Shown here: piece after piece, positions 45,113-56,800 of the stretch
How positions within the stretch are numbered: the stretch's first letter is position 1
How the letters are laid out: the number at the start of each line of letters is the position of its first letter
Assembly: GCA_964016885.1 (NCBI GenBank)
Contig: OZ024748.1
Coordinates: 8,308,001-8,372,000 of the forward strand
Reading direction: 5' to 3'
DNA from: Eledone cirrhosa
Lineage: Eukaryota
DNA length: 64,000 nucleotides
Notes under the pieces: generated by a model
Told to the model about the DNA's origin: nothing
The model's database searches: none
Seen by the model: the letters and a program-made list of their open reading frames with translations, nothing else
Position numbers and translations under genes: made by a program

Positions 45113-47212
45113 TTACCGTATTTTTGGTAGAGGAGGGATGGTTTTTACATCCCTTTTCACTTGATCGTCTGGTGAAGGGACCGTTGAATCGTCCCTTCGG
45201 CTGGTCGTCGGCTCTTCTAAGAGAATGTCTGAATATACTCTTCGATTAATGGTTCCTCCTAGGTCCCTGAAATCACCAACTGCGTTGGGGAATTTCGTTT
45301 TAATGTTTGTGTATTGTTTCTGTGCTATTTTTAGCAGTCTTATGTTAGTTGGCGTTTTGATTGGTGCTGGTATTATGTAGTCCTGTTGTGAAATGTCTGT
45401 GTGTTCAATTATGTAAGTCATTAGTTTCTTGTTGTGTGTGTTTATTGCCGTGCATTTGTTTTTCTGGGGGTGGGGTGTGGTTCTGCTATTTTCTTGTCGT
45501 TGTTGCTGGGTGTGTGTGTTTTGTTGTTGTGTTTGCGATGTTGGTGCTTGTGGTGGTGGTGTTGAAGGTGTTGTTGGCGGTGGGGTTGTCGCCGGTGGTG
45601 ATGGTGGTGCTGGTGTGGGTGGTGATGGTGTTGGTGGTGTTGCTGCTGTGGGTCTCTTTGCAGTAGACTTTACCCTTTTCTCATTTCTTTCCTCCCTTTT
45701 CAAAGGCGACGATGCGCTGCTTCTGCGTTTGTGCCTTCTTGAGACCTTTTGCCATCCCTCTCCCACCTCACACTCCATGTCTGATTCTGTAAGGTCGGGG
45801 AGGGGTACCAGCTCCACTCTTTCACTTGTTGTTGTTGGTGATGTTTGCACTGGAGTCTCTGTTGCAGCTGCATTTGGTATTGCTGTTGTTGTTGTTAATA
45901 TTTCCACTGCTGCTGCTGTCTTTGATTTCCGTGGAGTGGGTATGGGTGCCACGGACCTATCGTTCCTGGTTGCCGCTTGTCCTGTTGCTGGTAGCCGTGG
46001 AACCGGATTCGGGAGGAGGGGGGTTTTCTCCTTTCTCAGGGTCTTCTCGTTGCAGAAGGCCCTGAGGTGAGTCTTCGATCCACAGCGAAAGCATTTCGGG
46101 CGTTTGCCCTCAACACTTATGGGCAGTTGAGTGCCGTTATCGAAGTCTATCACATCCGGGATAGCTTCGATGCACTCCTGGTTGGTTTGGATTAGCATCT
46201 CAATGGAGGAGCCGACCCAATCTTCTCTTACTTTTTTCTGTACTTGCAGTACAGTTGTTTTGTCCTCGATTCCGACGAGGACAGACGCGGCCAGCCAAGA
46301 AGGGGTCATTCCGGGGGGGACGTGGGTCAGTTTGACCCTCACAATTTTTTGCCCGCAGTAGGAGGGCACCAACACCATTTCCTCGCTCCTTAGGGTCACT
46401 ACTGATTGGGCCTTTGCCTCCTGGGGTGTGGCAAAAAGTACGTCTACGGTGGCGTATTTTTTGCCTCGGGTGATGTGCGTTTTCCTCTGCCACACAGACC
46501 CCAAGGCTTTTTGTATTTGGGCCTCTGTGGCTCTTTCCACCCTACGGGATTTTGTACTTACTGTACGGTACGTGACCGTACAGTGCTCTTGGGTTTCGAA
46601 AAAATTTTTCGCTGCCTTGCAGATTGCTCGGTGTCCGTTCTTTGTCACCATCTTCTTCGCTTCCTCTAATTCCTCATTTGTTATGAGGATTGTTTCCAGG
46701 TTTTTCGCAATACCTGCAAATGAGATTGGTTTTTCTCTGCTGTTGTTGTTGTCGTCAGAGCTGCTGGTACTTTTGTTGTTGCTGCAGGTACTACGACTAC
46801 TGCCTCCGCCGCTGTTGCTGTGGTTGTTGTTGGTGTTGCTGCTGCTAATGCTGTTGTTGTTTATGCTGCTGGTGATGCTGTTGCGGCTGCTACTGTTGTT
46901 TTCATTGTCACTGTTGCTGTTGTTATTACGGCTGCTACTGCTATTATTCCTGACGTCAGACGAATGAATTGGGTTTTCGTATTTCCCGCACACCTGTTTC
47001 GTCGCTGTCGTCGTCGTCGTGGAGAAACCTTGCACGCTTTGCACGAGACTTTTCTTTTCTTTCGTCGCTTGCGAAAGAGAAGGTAGGGAGAGAGACACAT
47101 TTAAAGAAGGGAGGGAGAGAGACAATCTTCTCTCTCCTGTAGTGATGATTGAGGAAGAAGAAGACGGAATGAGTGGGAGTGACGTATGAAATTTTTTTTT
47201 TTTGGTAGCCAT
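45113..47212 (-). CDS. LINE ORF1, copy 4
   Basis: Intact; CCHC knuckle. Confidence 0.9.
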   Translation of the reverse strand: MATKKKKFHTSLPLIPSSSSSIITTGERRLSLSLPSLNVSLSLPSLSQATKEKKSLVQSVQGFSTTTTTATKQVCGKYENPIHSSDVRNNSSSSRNNNSNSDNENNSSSRNSITSSINNNSISSSNTNNNHSNSGGGSSRSTCSNNKSTSSSDDNNNSREKPISFAGIAKNLETILITNEELEEAKKMVTKNGHRAICKAAKNFFETQEHCTVTYRTVSTKSRRVERATEAQIQKALGSVWQRKTHITRGKKYATVDVLFATPQEAKAQSVVTLRSEEMVLVPSYCGQKIVRVKLTHVPPGMTPSWLAASVLVGIEDKTTVLQVQKKVREDWVGSSIEMLIQTNQECIEAIPDVIDFDNGTQLPISVEGKRPKCFRCGSKTHLRAFCNEKTLRKEKTPLLPNPVPRLPATGQAATRNDRSVAPIPTPRKSKTAAAVEILTTTTAIPNAAATETPVQTSPTTTSERVELVPLPDLTESDMECEVGEGWQKVSRRHKRRSSASSPLKREERNEKRVKSTAKRPTAATPPTPSPPTPAPPSPPATTPPPTTPSTPPPQAPTSQTQQQNTHTQQQRQENSRTTPHPQKNKCTAINTHNKKLMTYIIEHTDISQQDYIIPAPIKTPTNIRLLKIAQKQYTNIKTKFPNAVGDFRDLGGTINRRVYSDILLEEPTTSRRDDSTVPSPDDQVKRDVKTIPPLPKIR

Positions 47213-47425
47213 GTTGTTTTGTTTAAAATGAAATTTTGGGTACAAAACCCCAATAACTGGCTATTTAACCCCGAAGGGCCAAATAACGGACAGAAAGACC
47301 CCTCTCACGAGGAGGAGGGTGTCTTTATCAACAATTTGGTTCAAGTTTTAAACAATTTACAATTGTTTTAACGGTTAAAAATTACTATACCTTACAGAGC
47401 CGAGCCTCCGTCAACCATGGCATTC

Positions 47426-47463
<38 letters not shown>

Positions 47464-47742
47464 TGATGAGAATAATAATGATTTCTTTATTAACCACAAG
47501 GGTTTACATAAAGTAGACATTAAGGACAGTGCAGGACAATGCAGGACGGTACAAATGGGCATTTCTGCGTGTAAAAAAAACAAAAACAGAGGATGTAACA
47601 AAAATAACAATGAAAATAACAATGAAAAATTCCCCAATAGGGGGGAGACTTCGGAGGGACATTTGTGGAGAAAGCCCAGTAAAAAGCCACAATGACCCTG
47701 ACCACCAAGGCAAGTGCCCTCTCCCAGTTTTCCACCTTTAGT

Positions 47743-50700
47743 TTACAGATATATACTCAGAGTCGGCCCATTCACTCGGGCCATTCTTGCTTCTCTCACC
47801 CATCTTTCAACAAAATGCTGGGAAGAGAGCACTTCCCTCTCTACTCTGATTTTCCTTTTCAAATGAAATTTGAAAAAGTCAATCAGAGCATCACCGAAGA
47901 GGTAAGTGCTCGTCTTCAGCCCTTTCAAACGTGTCCACCATACTATCTCTTTCGCCATGGCCACCAGACAGATAAAAACTGCCTGCCCTTCCCGGCTAAA
48001 GGAGGAGGGCGGGGCAATCCTCACGATGGACTCAGATGATAGCTGGATCCGTCCTAAACGCGACAGCAGGTGTTCGACATAAACCCACAAGTCAGCAATT
48101 TTCGGACACTGGACGAGTGCGTGCAGGACGGTTTCGTCGCCCTGCGCGCATCTCGGACATGCCCGGCTGACGGCACCTCCATGCCTGTAGAGTTTATCCC
48201 GAACTGGCAAGGCTCCTCGGTAGCACTGCCAGGCCAGAGATTTCTGGAAGTTGTCCATAGGCCCCGGCCCGAAAGTTCTTCCGAAGAGATTGGCTAGTTG
48301 ATTTTCGTCGACGCCTAGAGTTTCCCCAAGTACGTCGTCGCTCTTCCCCTCCACTAATCCTCTATAGAACGCCGAGGTGGAGTTTCCACCGATCACATTG
48401 CCCGATTGGCCGAGGGCTGTGAGCGCCTGAAGACATTCCAGTCTCCAGGCGCTCCCTCTCGGTCTTCGCTTGACCCAGGACTGCAGCTCCGTCAAGGAAA
48501 CGAGCTGGGGAAAAACGCGTCTAGCAAACGGCGACCACACCTGATCACCGTCGAGGAAGAGGTGGAGATGTCGTAGCCTGAGCGCGTGCCTGCGCATCAT
48601 CAGCCACGGCATGCCCAGCCCTCCACGTAGCGGGTGTTGACAACAGATGGACCGCCTGACCATCGGAGCACGTCCCTTCCACAAAAAGCGAAAGAGCAAA
48701 CGCTCCAGCGCAGTCAGGCGAGGCTTAGGACAAGGTACGACGGTTAGGCGGTAGCAGATGACAGACGCGATGTACGCGTTAGCCACCTCCGCTCGACCTT
48801 TCAGGGATAGCTTCCTCTCCGCCCATTTCTGGGTGAGAGAAGCCACCCTGCTCGTCACCTCGTCCCAGTTTTTGTCCGTCTGGAGGTCCGGACCGAACCA
48901 GACCCCTAGCAATTTAACCGGTCCGTCCGTCCAGCGCCCGACGACGCTGTTGGACGGCATGGACCTGCCTCTCCAGGTGCCGAGCTGCAGGCCCACTGAC
49001 TTTTCCTGGTTGATCATTGCTCCTGTCACCGCTTCGTATTCTCTTAGTGTAGTGCCGATCGCCTCGATGTGTTTGGCGTTCGACACCACTACGGTGACAT
49101 CGTCCGCATATGCTGACACGGATCTTCCGCATCCTAGTTCGCGCGGGACTCCCCTCAACGTCTCCAGTTTGTGCAGTAATGGCTCGAGAGTCAATACGTA
49201 CAAGAGGGACGAGAGGGGACATCCTTGGCGGACCGAGCGCATGATGTTGAACGGTTCCGACAGGTGACCGTTCACTCTCACCACAGAGCAGATGTCGCTG
49301 TGCATGGCAGCGATCCAGCCTCTGAAGACGGGCCCAAAGCCAGCCGCCCTCAGGACTGCCGCTAGGTAACGATGGTCGACCCTATCGAAAGCTTTCGACT
49401 GATCTAAATTGATCAAGGACCCACCCGTGCCAGGTTCCCTAGCTACCCTCTCTACGATGTATCGCATGAGGTGGAGGTTGTCGTGGATGGATCTGTCGGG
49501 AATGGCGCATGTCTGCGCCTCTCCCACCAGACCACCAACGACAAGCGCCAACCTCTTTGCTAGCACCTTGGCCAAAATCTTAAACTCTGTGTTTAGCAGA
49601 GTTATGGGCCGGAAATTGTCTATGTTATCCCCCTTGTTCGGATCCTTTCTCAGCAGTGCCACCGCTCCTCGGCTCACAGAACTGGGAATTCTCCCGTTCT
49701 GTTGCCAGTTGCAGTAGACGTCCGCCAAGAGGCCTCCGAACAAGTCTGGCATCTGTACGTAAAGTTCATAGGGCAGACCATCCAAACCAGGCGATTTACC
49801 CCTTGTGCAGCCAGTCATTGCCTCCCTTACTTCAGCGGCTGTTATCGGCTTTTCGCAACACTTCGCCTCAGTGGCCGAGAGCCGCGGCAGTCCGTCGAGG
49901 TAGACACTAAAGTCCATCCCTCTACCCGGCCCCCCGCTGCCCCCGAACAGCTGAGCGAAGTGTCGCTGAAAAGCTTCACACATTTGCCCGGGATCGAGTA
50001 GCATGCGCCCGTCGTGGTCCACCAAAGACCGGATCGTGGCTTTGTTGCCACGACGCGCCTCCGCCACTCGGGCCCATTGAACGGCTTTCGTCCCCTCGTG
50101 TCTGAGAGCACGCACCCTAGCTCTGACAACGCAGCCTTCGTGCTTTGCATTGAAGAATTGGTCAAGGGCCAATTTCGCCGCAAGCACGTCGGTCGCAATG
50201 CCTTTGCTAAGCGCCTCGTCTAATTTTCTAACTAGTTCTCCCTCTGCTCTATTTTTCTCTATTGCTAAAGCCTTACTAAACCTAATCGATTCTATTCTAA
50301 TCGCTCTTTTCAGAGCAAACCACCACTTGTTGTTGACGATGGCCCCCGTCAACGCCCGCTTAACTAGTTCGCTAATCCGGTCTCTGTAGGCCTTGCGCGC
50401 TGGTAAGGACGCGTTTAGCTTCCAGTAGCCGGGTCCTCGTCTATGAAGCCTATCTAAGTCAAGCACACAGATCACGAATTTGTGGTCCGTGTAGCTGACT
50501 ATCTTGAATTGTGGACAGCCTATGCTAGACCTATCTATTTCCCTACAAAATACTCTATCTAGATATGATCTGGATGACCCTATGCGGTTTGTCCAAGTCC
50601 ACATTGGCACATTCGGGAAATCCAATCGGTACCTGTCAGACAGTTCAAAACGCCTGAGCAGGTTGGTGAGGCTCTTGCACCCTCCACCCCTATCCGCTAA

Positions 50701-51162
50701 TCCCACACAGTCCCAGCGTGCATCTAAGATCCCGTTCCAGTCGCCCACTAACACTAAAGAGCGCGACGTTCCAAGAAAGGTCTCCAGACGCCGGAAGAAA
50801 TCAGGCCGCCCTGCTCCTGTCGGGGCATAGACGGCCACTAGCCTGAAAGCTTGCCCGTCTCCGCTGGTCACGTCCAGCACCACCAGCTTACCCTCTGGGT
50901 CCAGGAAGATGGCCCGTATGGCGAGATCCAAACCTCTCCGAAAAAGCACAGCAACTCCTCCACCCGATCCAGGACGGCTGGGAGATGCGTACACATCGTA
51001 GCCGCCGAAGATCGGTGCGAAGGCCCGTGCTTCGGAGATTCTGGTCTCGCTGATGGCCACTACATCTATGTTTAGTGACCTGAGGTCGTTGAGCAGGTGA
51101 CCCTGCTTCCATGACGACCCCAAGCCACGCGCATTTATGCTGCCTATTCTGAGTGAGGTCAT
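47743..51162 (-). CDS. LINE ORF2 (EN-RT-ZnF), copy 5
   Basis: Intact 1139 aa; private ALDQ->ALGQ change. Confidence 0.96.
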   Translation of the reverse strand: MTSLRIGSINARGLGSSWKQGHLLNDLRSLNIDVVAISETRISEARAFAPIFGGYDVYASPSRPGSGGGVAVLFRRGLDLAIRAIFLDPEGKLVVLDVTSGDGQAFRLVAVYAPTGAGRPDFFRRLETFLGTSRSLVLVGDWNGILDARWDCVGLADRGGGCKSLTNLLRRFELSDRYRLDFPNVPMWTWTNRIGSSRSYLDRVFCREIDRSSIGCPQFKIVSYTDHKFVICVLDLDRLHRRGPGYWKLNASLPARKAYRDRISELVKRALTGAIVNNKWWFALKRAIRIESIRFSKALAIEKNRAEGELVRKLDEALSKGIATDVLAAKLALDQFFNAKHEGCVVRARVRALRHEGTKAVQWARVAEARRGNKATIRSLVDHDGRMLLDPGQMCEAFQRHFAQLFGGSGGPGRGMDFSVYLDGLPRLSATEAKCCEKPITAAEVREAMTGCTRGKSPGLDGLPYELYVQMPDLFGGLLADVYCNWQQNGRIPSSVSRGAVALLRKDPNKGDNIDNFRPITLLNTEFKILAKVLAKRLALVVGGLVGEAQTCAIPDRSIHDNLHLMRYIVERVAREPGTGGSLINLDQSKAFDRVDHRYLAAVLRAAGFGPVFRGWIAAMHSDICSVVRVNGHLSEPFNIMRSVRQGCPLSSLLYVLTLEPLLHKLETLRGVPRELGCGRSVSAYADDVTVVVSNAKHIEAIGTTLREYEAVTGAMINQEKSVGLQLGTWRGRSMPSNSVVGRWTDGPVKLLGVWFGPDLQTDKNWDEVTSRVASLTQKWAERKLSLKGRAEVANAYIASVICYRLTVVPCPKPRLTALERLLFRFLWKGRAPMVRRSICCQHPLRGGLGMPWLMMRRHALRLRHLHLFLDGDQVWSPFARRVFPQLVSLTELQSWVKRRPRGSAWRLECLQALTALGQSGNVIGGNSTSAFYRGLVEGKSDDVLGETLGVDENQLANLFGRTFGPGPMDNFQKSLAWQCYRGALPVRDKLYRHGGAVSRACPRCAQGDETVLHALVQCPKIADLWVYVEHLLSRLGRIQLSSESIVRIAPPSSFSREGQAVFICLVAMAKEIVWWTRLKGLKTSTYLFGDALIDFFKFHLKRKIRVEREVLSSQHFVERWVREARMARVNGPTLSIYL

Positions 51163-51197
51163 GTTTAAAATAGAGTGGAAAAGATGGGAAAGACCAC

Positions 51198-53297
51198 TTA
51201 CCGTATTTTTGGTAGAGGAGGGATGGTTTTTACATCCCTTTTCACTTGATCGTCTGGTGAAGGGACCGTTGAATCGTCCCTTCGGCTGGTCGTCGGCTCT
51301 TCTAAGAGAATGTCTGAATATACTCTTCGATTAATGGTTCCTCCTAGGTCCCTGAAATCACCAACTGCGTTGGGGAATTTCGTTTTAATGTTTGTGTATT
51401 GTTTCTGTGCTATTTTTAGCAGTCTTATGTTAGTTGGCGTTTTGATTGGTGCTGGTATTATGTAGTCCTGTTGTGAAATGTCTGTGTGTTCAATTATGTA
51501 AGTCATTAGTTTCTTGTTGTGTGTGTTTATTGCCGTGCATTTGTTTTTCTGGGGGTGGGGTGTGGTTCTGCTATTTTCTTGTCGTTGTTGCTGGGTGTGT
51601 GTGTTTTGTTGTTGTGTTTGCGATGTTGGTGCTTGTGGTGGTGGTGTTGAAGGTGTTGTTGGCGGTGGGGTTGTCGCCGGTGGTGATGGTGGTGCTGGTG
51701 TGGGTGGTGATGGTGTTGGTGGTGTTGCTGCTGTGGGTCTCTTTGCAGTAGACTTTACCCTTTTCTCATTTCTTTCCTCCCTTTTCAAAGGCGACGATGC
51801 GCTGCTTCTGCGTTTGTGCCTTCTTGAGACCTTTTGCCATCCCTCTCCCACCTCACACTCCATGTCTGATTCTGTAAGGTCGGGGAGGGGTACCAGCTCC
51901 ACTCTTTCACTTGTTGTTGTTGGTGATGTTTGCACTGGAGTCTCTGTTGCAGCTGCATTTGGTATTGCTGTTGTTGTTGTTAATATTTCCACTGCTGCTG
52001 CTGTCTTTGATTTCCGTGGAGTGGGTATGGGTGCCACGGACCTATCGTTCCTGGTTGCCGCTTGTCCTGTTGCTGGTAGCCGTGGAACCGGATTCGGGAG
52101 GAGGGGGGTTTTCTCCTTTCTCAGGGTCTTCTCGTTGCAGAAGGCCCTGAGGTGAGTCTTCGATCCACAGCGAAAGCATTTCGGGCGTTTGCCCTCAACA
52201 CTTATGGGCAGTTGAGTGCCGTTATCGAAGTCTATCACATCCGGGATAGCTTCGATGCACTCCTGGTTGGTTTGGATTAGCATCTCAATGGAGGAGCCGA
52301 CCCAATCTTCTCTTACTTTTTTCTGTACTTGCAGTACAGTTGTTTTGTCCTCGATTCCGACGAGGACAGACGCGGCCAGCCAAGAAGGGGTCATTCCGGG
52401 GGGGACGTGGGTCAGTTTGACCCTCACAATTTTTTGCCCGCAGTAGGAGGGCACCAACACCATTTCCTCGCTCCTTAGGGTCACTACTGATTGGGCCTTT
52501 GCCTCCTGGGGTGTGGCAAAAAGTACGTCTACGGTGGCGTATTTTTTGCCTCGGGTGATGTGCGTTTTCCTCTGCCACACAGACCCCAAGGCTTTTTGTA
52601 TTTGGGCCTCTGTGGCTCTTTCCACCCTACGGGATTTTGTACTTACTGTACGGTACGTGACCGTACAGTGCTCTTGGGTTTCGAAAAAATTTTTCGCTGC
52701 CTTGCAGATTGCTCGGTGTCCGTTCTTTGTCACCATCTTCTTCGCTTCCTCTAATTCCTCATTTGTTATGAGGATTGTTTCCAGGTTTTTCGCAATACCT
52801 GCAAATGAGATTGGTTTTTCTCTGCTGTTGTTGTTGTCGTCAGAGCTGCTGGTACTTTTGTTGTTGCTGCAGGTACTACGACTACTGCCTCCGCCGCTGT
52901 TGCTGTGGTTGTTGTTGGTGTTGCTGCTGCTAATGCTGTTGTTGTTTATGCTGCTGGTGATGCTGTTGCGGCTGCTACTGTTGTTTTCATTGTCACTGTT
53001 GCAGTTGTTATTACGGCTGCTACTGCTATTATTCCTGACGTCAGACGAATGAACTGGGTTTTCGTATTTCCCGCACACCTGTTTCGTCGCTGTCGTCGTC
53101 GTCGTGGAGAAACCTTGCACGCTTTGCACGAGACTTTTCTTTTCTTTCGTCGCTTGCGAAAGAGAAGGTAGGGAGAGAGACACATTTAAAGAAGGGAGGG
53201 AGAGAGACAATCTTCTCTCTCCTGTAGTGATGATTGAGGAAGAAGAAGACGGAATGAGTGGGAGTGACGTATGAAATTTTTTTTTTTTGGTAGCCAT
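51198..53297 (-). CDS. LINE ORF1, copy 5
   Basis: Intact; CCHC knuckle. Confidence 0.9.
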   Translation of the reverse strand: MATKKKKFHTSLPLIPSSSSSIITTGERRLSLSLPSLNVSLSLPSLSQATKEKKSLVQSVQGFSTTTTTATKQVCGKYENPVHSSDVRNNSSSSRNNNCNSDNENNSSSRNSITSSINNNSISSSNTNNNHSNSGGGSSRSTCSNNKSTSSSDDNNNSREKPISFAGIAKNLETILITNEELEEAKKMVTKNGHRAICKAAKNFFETQEHCTVTYRTVSTKSRRVERATEAQIQKALGSVWQRKTHITRGKKYATVDVLFATPQEAKAQSVVTLRSEEMVLVPSYCGQKIVRVKLTHVPPGMTPSWLAASVLVGIEDKTTVLQVQKKVREDWVGSSIEMLIQTNQECIEAIPDVIDFDNGTQLPISVEGKRPKCFRCGSKTHLRAFCNEKTLRKEKTPLLPNPVPRLPATGQAATRNDRSVAPIPTPRKSKTAAAVEILTTTTAIPNAAATETPVQTSPTTTSERVELVPLPDLTESDMECEVGEGWQKVSRRHKRRSSASSPLKREERNEKRVKSTAKRPTAATPPTPSPPTPAPPSPPATTPPPTTPSTPPPQAPTSQTQQQNTHTQQQRQENSRTTPHPQKNKCTAINTHNKKLMTYIIEHTDISQQDYIIPAPIKTPTNIRLLKIAQKQYTNIKTKFPNAVGDFRDLGGTINRRVYSDILLEEPTTSRRDDSTVPSPDDQVKRDVKTIPPLPKIR

Positions 53298-53510
53298 GTT
53301 GTTTTGTTTAAAATGAAATTTTGGGTACAAAACCCCAATAACTGGCTATTTAACCCCGAAGGGCCAAATAACGGACAGAAAGACCCCTCTCACGAGGAGG
53401 AGGGTGTCTTTATCAACAATTTGGTTCAAGTTTTAAACAATTTACAATTGTTTTAACGGTTAAAAATTACTATACCTTACAGAGCCGAGCCTCCGTCAAC
53501 CATGGCATTC

Positions 53511-53548
<38 letters not shown>

Positions 53549-53808
53549 TTTCTTTATTAACCACAAGGGTTTACATAAAGTAGACATTAAGGACAGTGCA
53601 GGACAATGCAGGACGGTACAAATGGGCATTTCTGCGTGTAAAAAAACAAAAACAGAGGATGTAACAAAAATAACAATGAAAATAACAATGAAAAATTCCC
53701 CAATAGGGGGGAGACTTCGGAGGGACATTTGTGGAGAAAGCCCAGTAAAAAGCCACAATGACCCTGACCACCAAGGCAAGTGCCCTCTCCCAGTTTTCCA
53801 CCTTTAGT

Positions 53809-56800
53809 TTACAGATATATACTCAGAGTCGGCCCATTCACTCGGGCCATTCTTGCTTCTCTCACCCATCTTTCAACAAAATGCTGGGAAGAGAGCACTT
53901 CCTTTTCTACTCTGATTTTCCTTTTCAAATGAAATTTGAAAAAGTCAATCAGAGCATCACCGAAGAGGTAAGTGCTCGTCTTCAGCCCTTTCAAACGTGT
54001 CCACCATACTATCTCTTTCGCCATGGCCACCAGACAGATAAAAACTGCCTGCCCTTCCCGGCTAAAGGAGGAGGGCGGGGCAATCCTCACGATAGACTCA
54101 GATGATAGCTGGATCCGTCCTAAACGCGACAGCAGGTGTTCGACATAAACCCACAAGTCAGCAATTTTCGGACACTGGACGAGTGCGTGCAGGACGGTTT
54201 CGTCGCCCTGCGCGCATCTCGGACATGCCCGGCTGACGGCACCTCCATGCCTGTAGAGTTTATCCCGAACTGGCAAGGCTCCTCGGTAGCACTGCCAGGC
54301 CAGAGATTTCTGGAAGTTGTCCATAGGCCCCGGCCCGAAAGTTCTTCCGAAGAGATTGGCTAGTTGATTTTCGTCGACGCCTAGAGTTTCCCCAAGTACG
54401 TCGTCGCTCTTCCCCTCCACTAATCCTCTATAGAACGCCGAGGTGGAGTTTCCACCGATCACATTGCCCGATTGGTCGAGGGCTGTGAGCGCCTGAAGAC
54501 ATTCCAGTCTCCAGGCGCTCCCTCTCGGTCTTCGCTTGACCCAGGACTGCAGCTCCGTCAAGGAAACGAGCTGGGGAAAAACGCGTCTAGCAAACGGCGA
54601 CCACACCTGATCACCTTCGAGGAAGAGGTGGAGATGTCGTAGCCTGAGCGCGTGCCTGCGCATCATCAGCCACGGCATGCCCAGCCCTCCACGTAGCGGG
54701 TGTTGACAACAGATGGACCGCCTGACCATCGGAGCACGTCCCTTCCACAAAAAGCGAAAGAGCAAACGCTCCAGCGCAGTCAGGCGAGGCTTAGGACAAG
54801 GTACGACGGTTAGGCGGTAGCAGATGACAGACGCGATGTACGCGTTAGCCACCTCCGCTCGACCTTTCAGGGATAGCTTCCTCTCCGCCCATTTCTGGGT
54901 GAGAGAAGCCACCCTGCTCGTCACCTCGTCCCAGTTTTTGTCCGTCTGGAGGTCCGGACCGAACCAGACCCCTAGCAATTTAACCGGTCCGTCCGTCCAG
55001 CGCCCGACGACGCTGTTGGACGGCATGGACCTGCCTCTCCAGGTGCCGAGCTGCAGGCCCACTGACTTTTCCTGGTTGATCATTGCTCCTGTCACCGCTT
55101 CGTATTCTCTTAGTGTAGTGCCGATCGCCTCGATGTGTTTGGCGTTCGACACCACTACGGTGACATCGTCCGCATATGCTGACACGGATCTTCCGCATCC
55201 TAGTTCGCGCGGGACTCCCCTCAACGTCTCCAGTTTGTGCAGTAATGGCTCGAGAGTCAATACGTACAAGAGGGACGAGAGGGGACATCCTTGGCGGACC
55301 GAGCGCATGATGTTGAACGGTTCCGACAGGTGACCGTTCACTCTCACCACAGAGCAGATGTCGCTGTGCATGGCAGCGATCCAGCCTCTGAAAGCGGGCC
55401 CAAAGCCAGCCGCCCTCAGGACTGCCGCTAGGTAACGATGGTCGACCCTATCGAAAGCTTTCGACTGATCTAAATTGATCAAGGACCCACCCGTGCCAGG
55501 TTCCCTAGCTACCCTCTCTACGATGTATCGCATGAGGTGGAGGTTGTCGTGGATGGATCTGTCGGGAATGGCGCATGTCTGCGCCTCTCCCACCAGACCA
55601 CCAACGACAAGCGCCAACCTCTTTGCTAGCACCTTGGCCAAAATCTTAAACTCTGTGTTTAGCAGAGTTATGGGCCGGAAATTGTCTATGTTATCCCCCT
55701 TGTTCGGATCCTTTCTCAGCAGTGCCACCGCTCCTCGGCTCACAGAACTGGGAATTCTCCCGTTCTGTTGCCAGTTGCAGTAGACGTCCGCCAAGAGGCC
55801 TCCGAACAAGTCTGGCATCTGTACGTAAAGTTCATAGGGCAGACCATCCAAACCAGGCGATTTACCCCTTGTGCAGCCAGTCATTGCCTCCCGTACTTCA
55901 GCGGCTGTTATCGGCTTTTCGCAACACCTCGCCTCAGTGGCCGAGAGCCGCGGCAGCCCGTCGAGGTAGACACTAAAGTCCATCCCTCTACCCGGCCCCC
56001 CGCTGCCCCCGAACAGCTGAGCGAAGTGTCGCTGAAAAGCTTCACACATTTGCCCGGGATCGAGTAGCATGCGCCCGTCGTGGTCCACCAAAGACCGGAT
56101 CGTGGCTTTGTTGCCACGACGCGCCTCCGCCACTCGGGCCCATTGAACGGCTTTCGTCCCCTCGTGTCTGAGAGCACGCACCCTAGCTCTGACAACGCAG
56201 CCTTCGTGCTTTGCATTGAAGAATTGGTCAAGGGCCAATTTCGCCGCAAGCACGTCGGTCGCAATGCCTTTGCTAAGCGCCTCGTCTAATTTTCTAACTA
56301 GTTCTCCCTCTGCTCTATTTTTCTCTATTGCTAAAGCCTTACTAAACCTAATCGATTCTATTCTAATCGCTCTTTTCAGAGCAAACCACCACTTGTTGTT
56401 GACGATGGCCCCCGTCAACGCCCGCTTAACTAGTTCGCTAATCCGGTCTCTGTAGGCCTTGCGCGCTGGTAAGGACGCGTTTAGCTTCCAGTAGCCGGGT
56501 CCTCGTCTATGAAGCCTATCTAAGTCAAGCACACAGATCACGAATTTGTGGTCCGTGTAGCTGACTATCTTGAATTGTGGACAGCCTATGCTAGACCTAT
56601 CTATTTCCCTACAAAATACTCTATCTAGATATGATCTGGATGACCCTATGCGGTTTGTCCAAGTCCACATTGGCACATTCGGGAAATCCAATCGGTACCT
56701 GTCAGACAGTTCAAAACGCCTGAGCAGGTTGGTGAGGCTCTTGCACCCTCCACCCCTATCCGCTAATCCCACACAGTCCCAGCGTGCATCTAAGATCCCG

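Larger units (their letters stand above)
41396..47425 (-). mobile_element. Full-length Tx1/L1-type LINE, copy 4
   Basis: Same termini; (AAT)12 junction at 41360-41395. Confidence 0.95.
47480..53510 (-). mobile_element. Full-length Tx1/L1-type LINE, copy 5
   Basis: Same termini; junction (AAT)12-GATGATGAG-(AAT)3 at 47426-47479. Confidence 0.95.
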
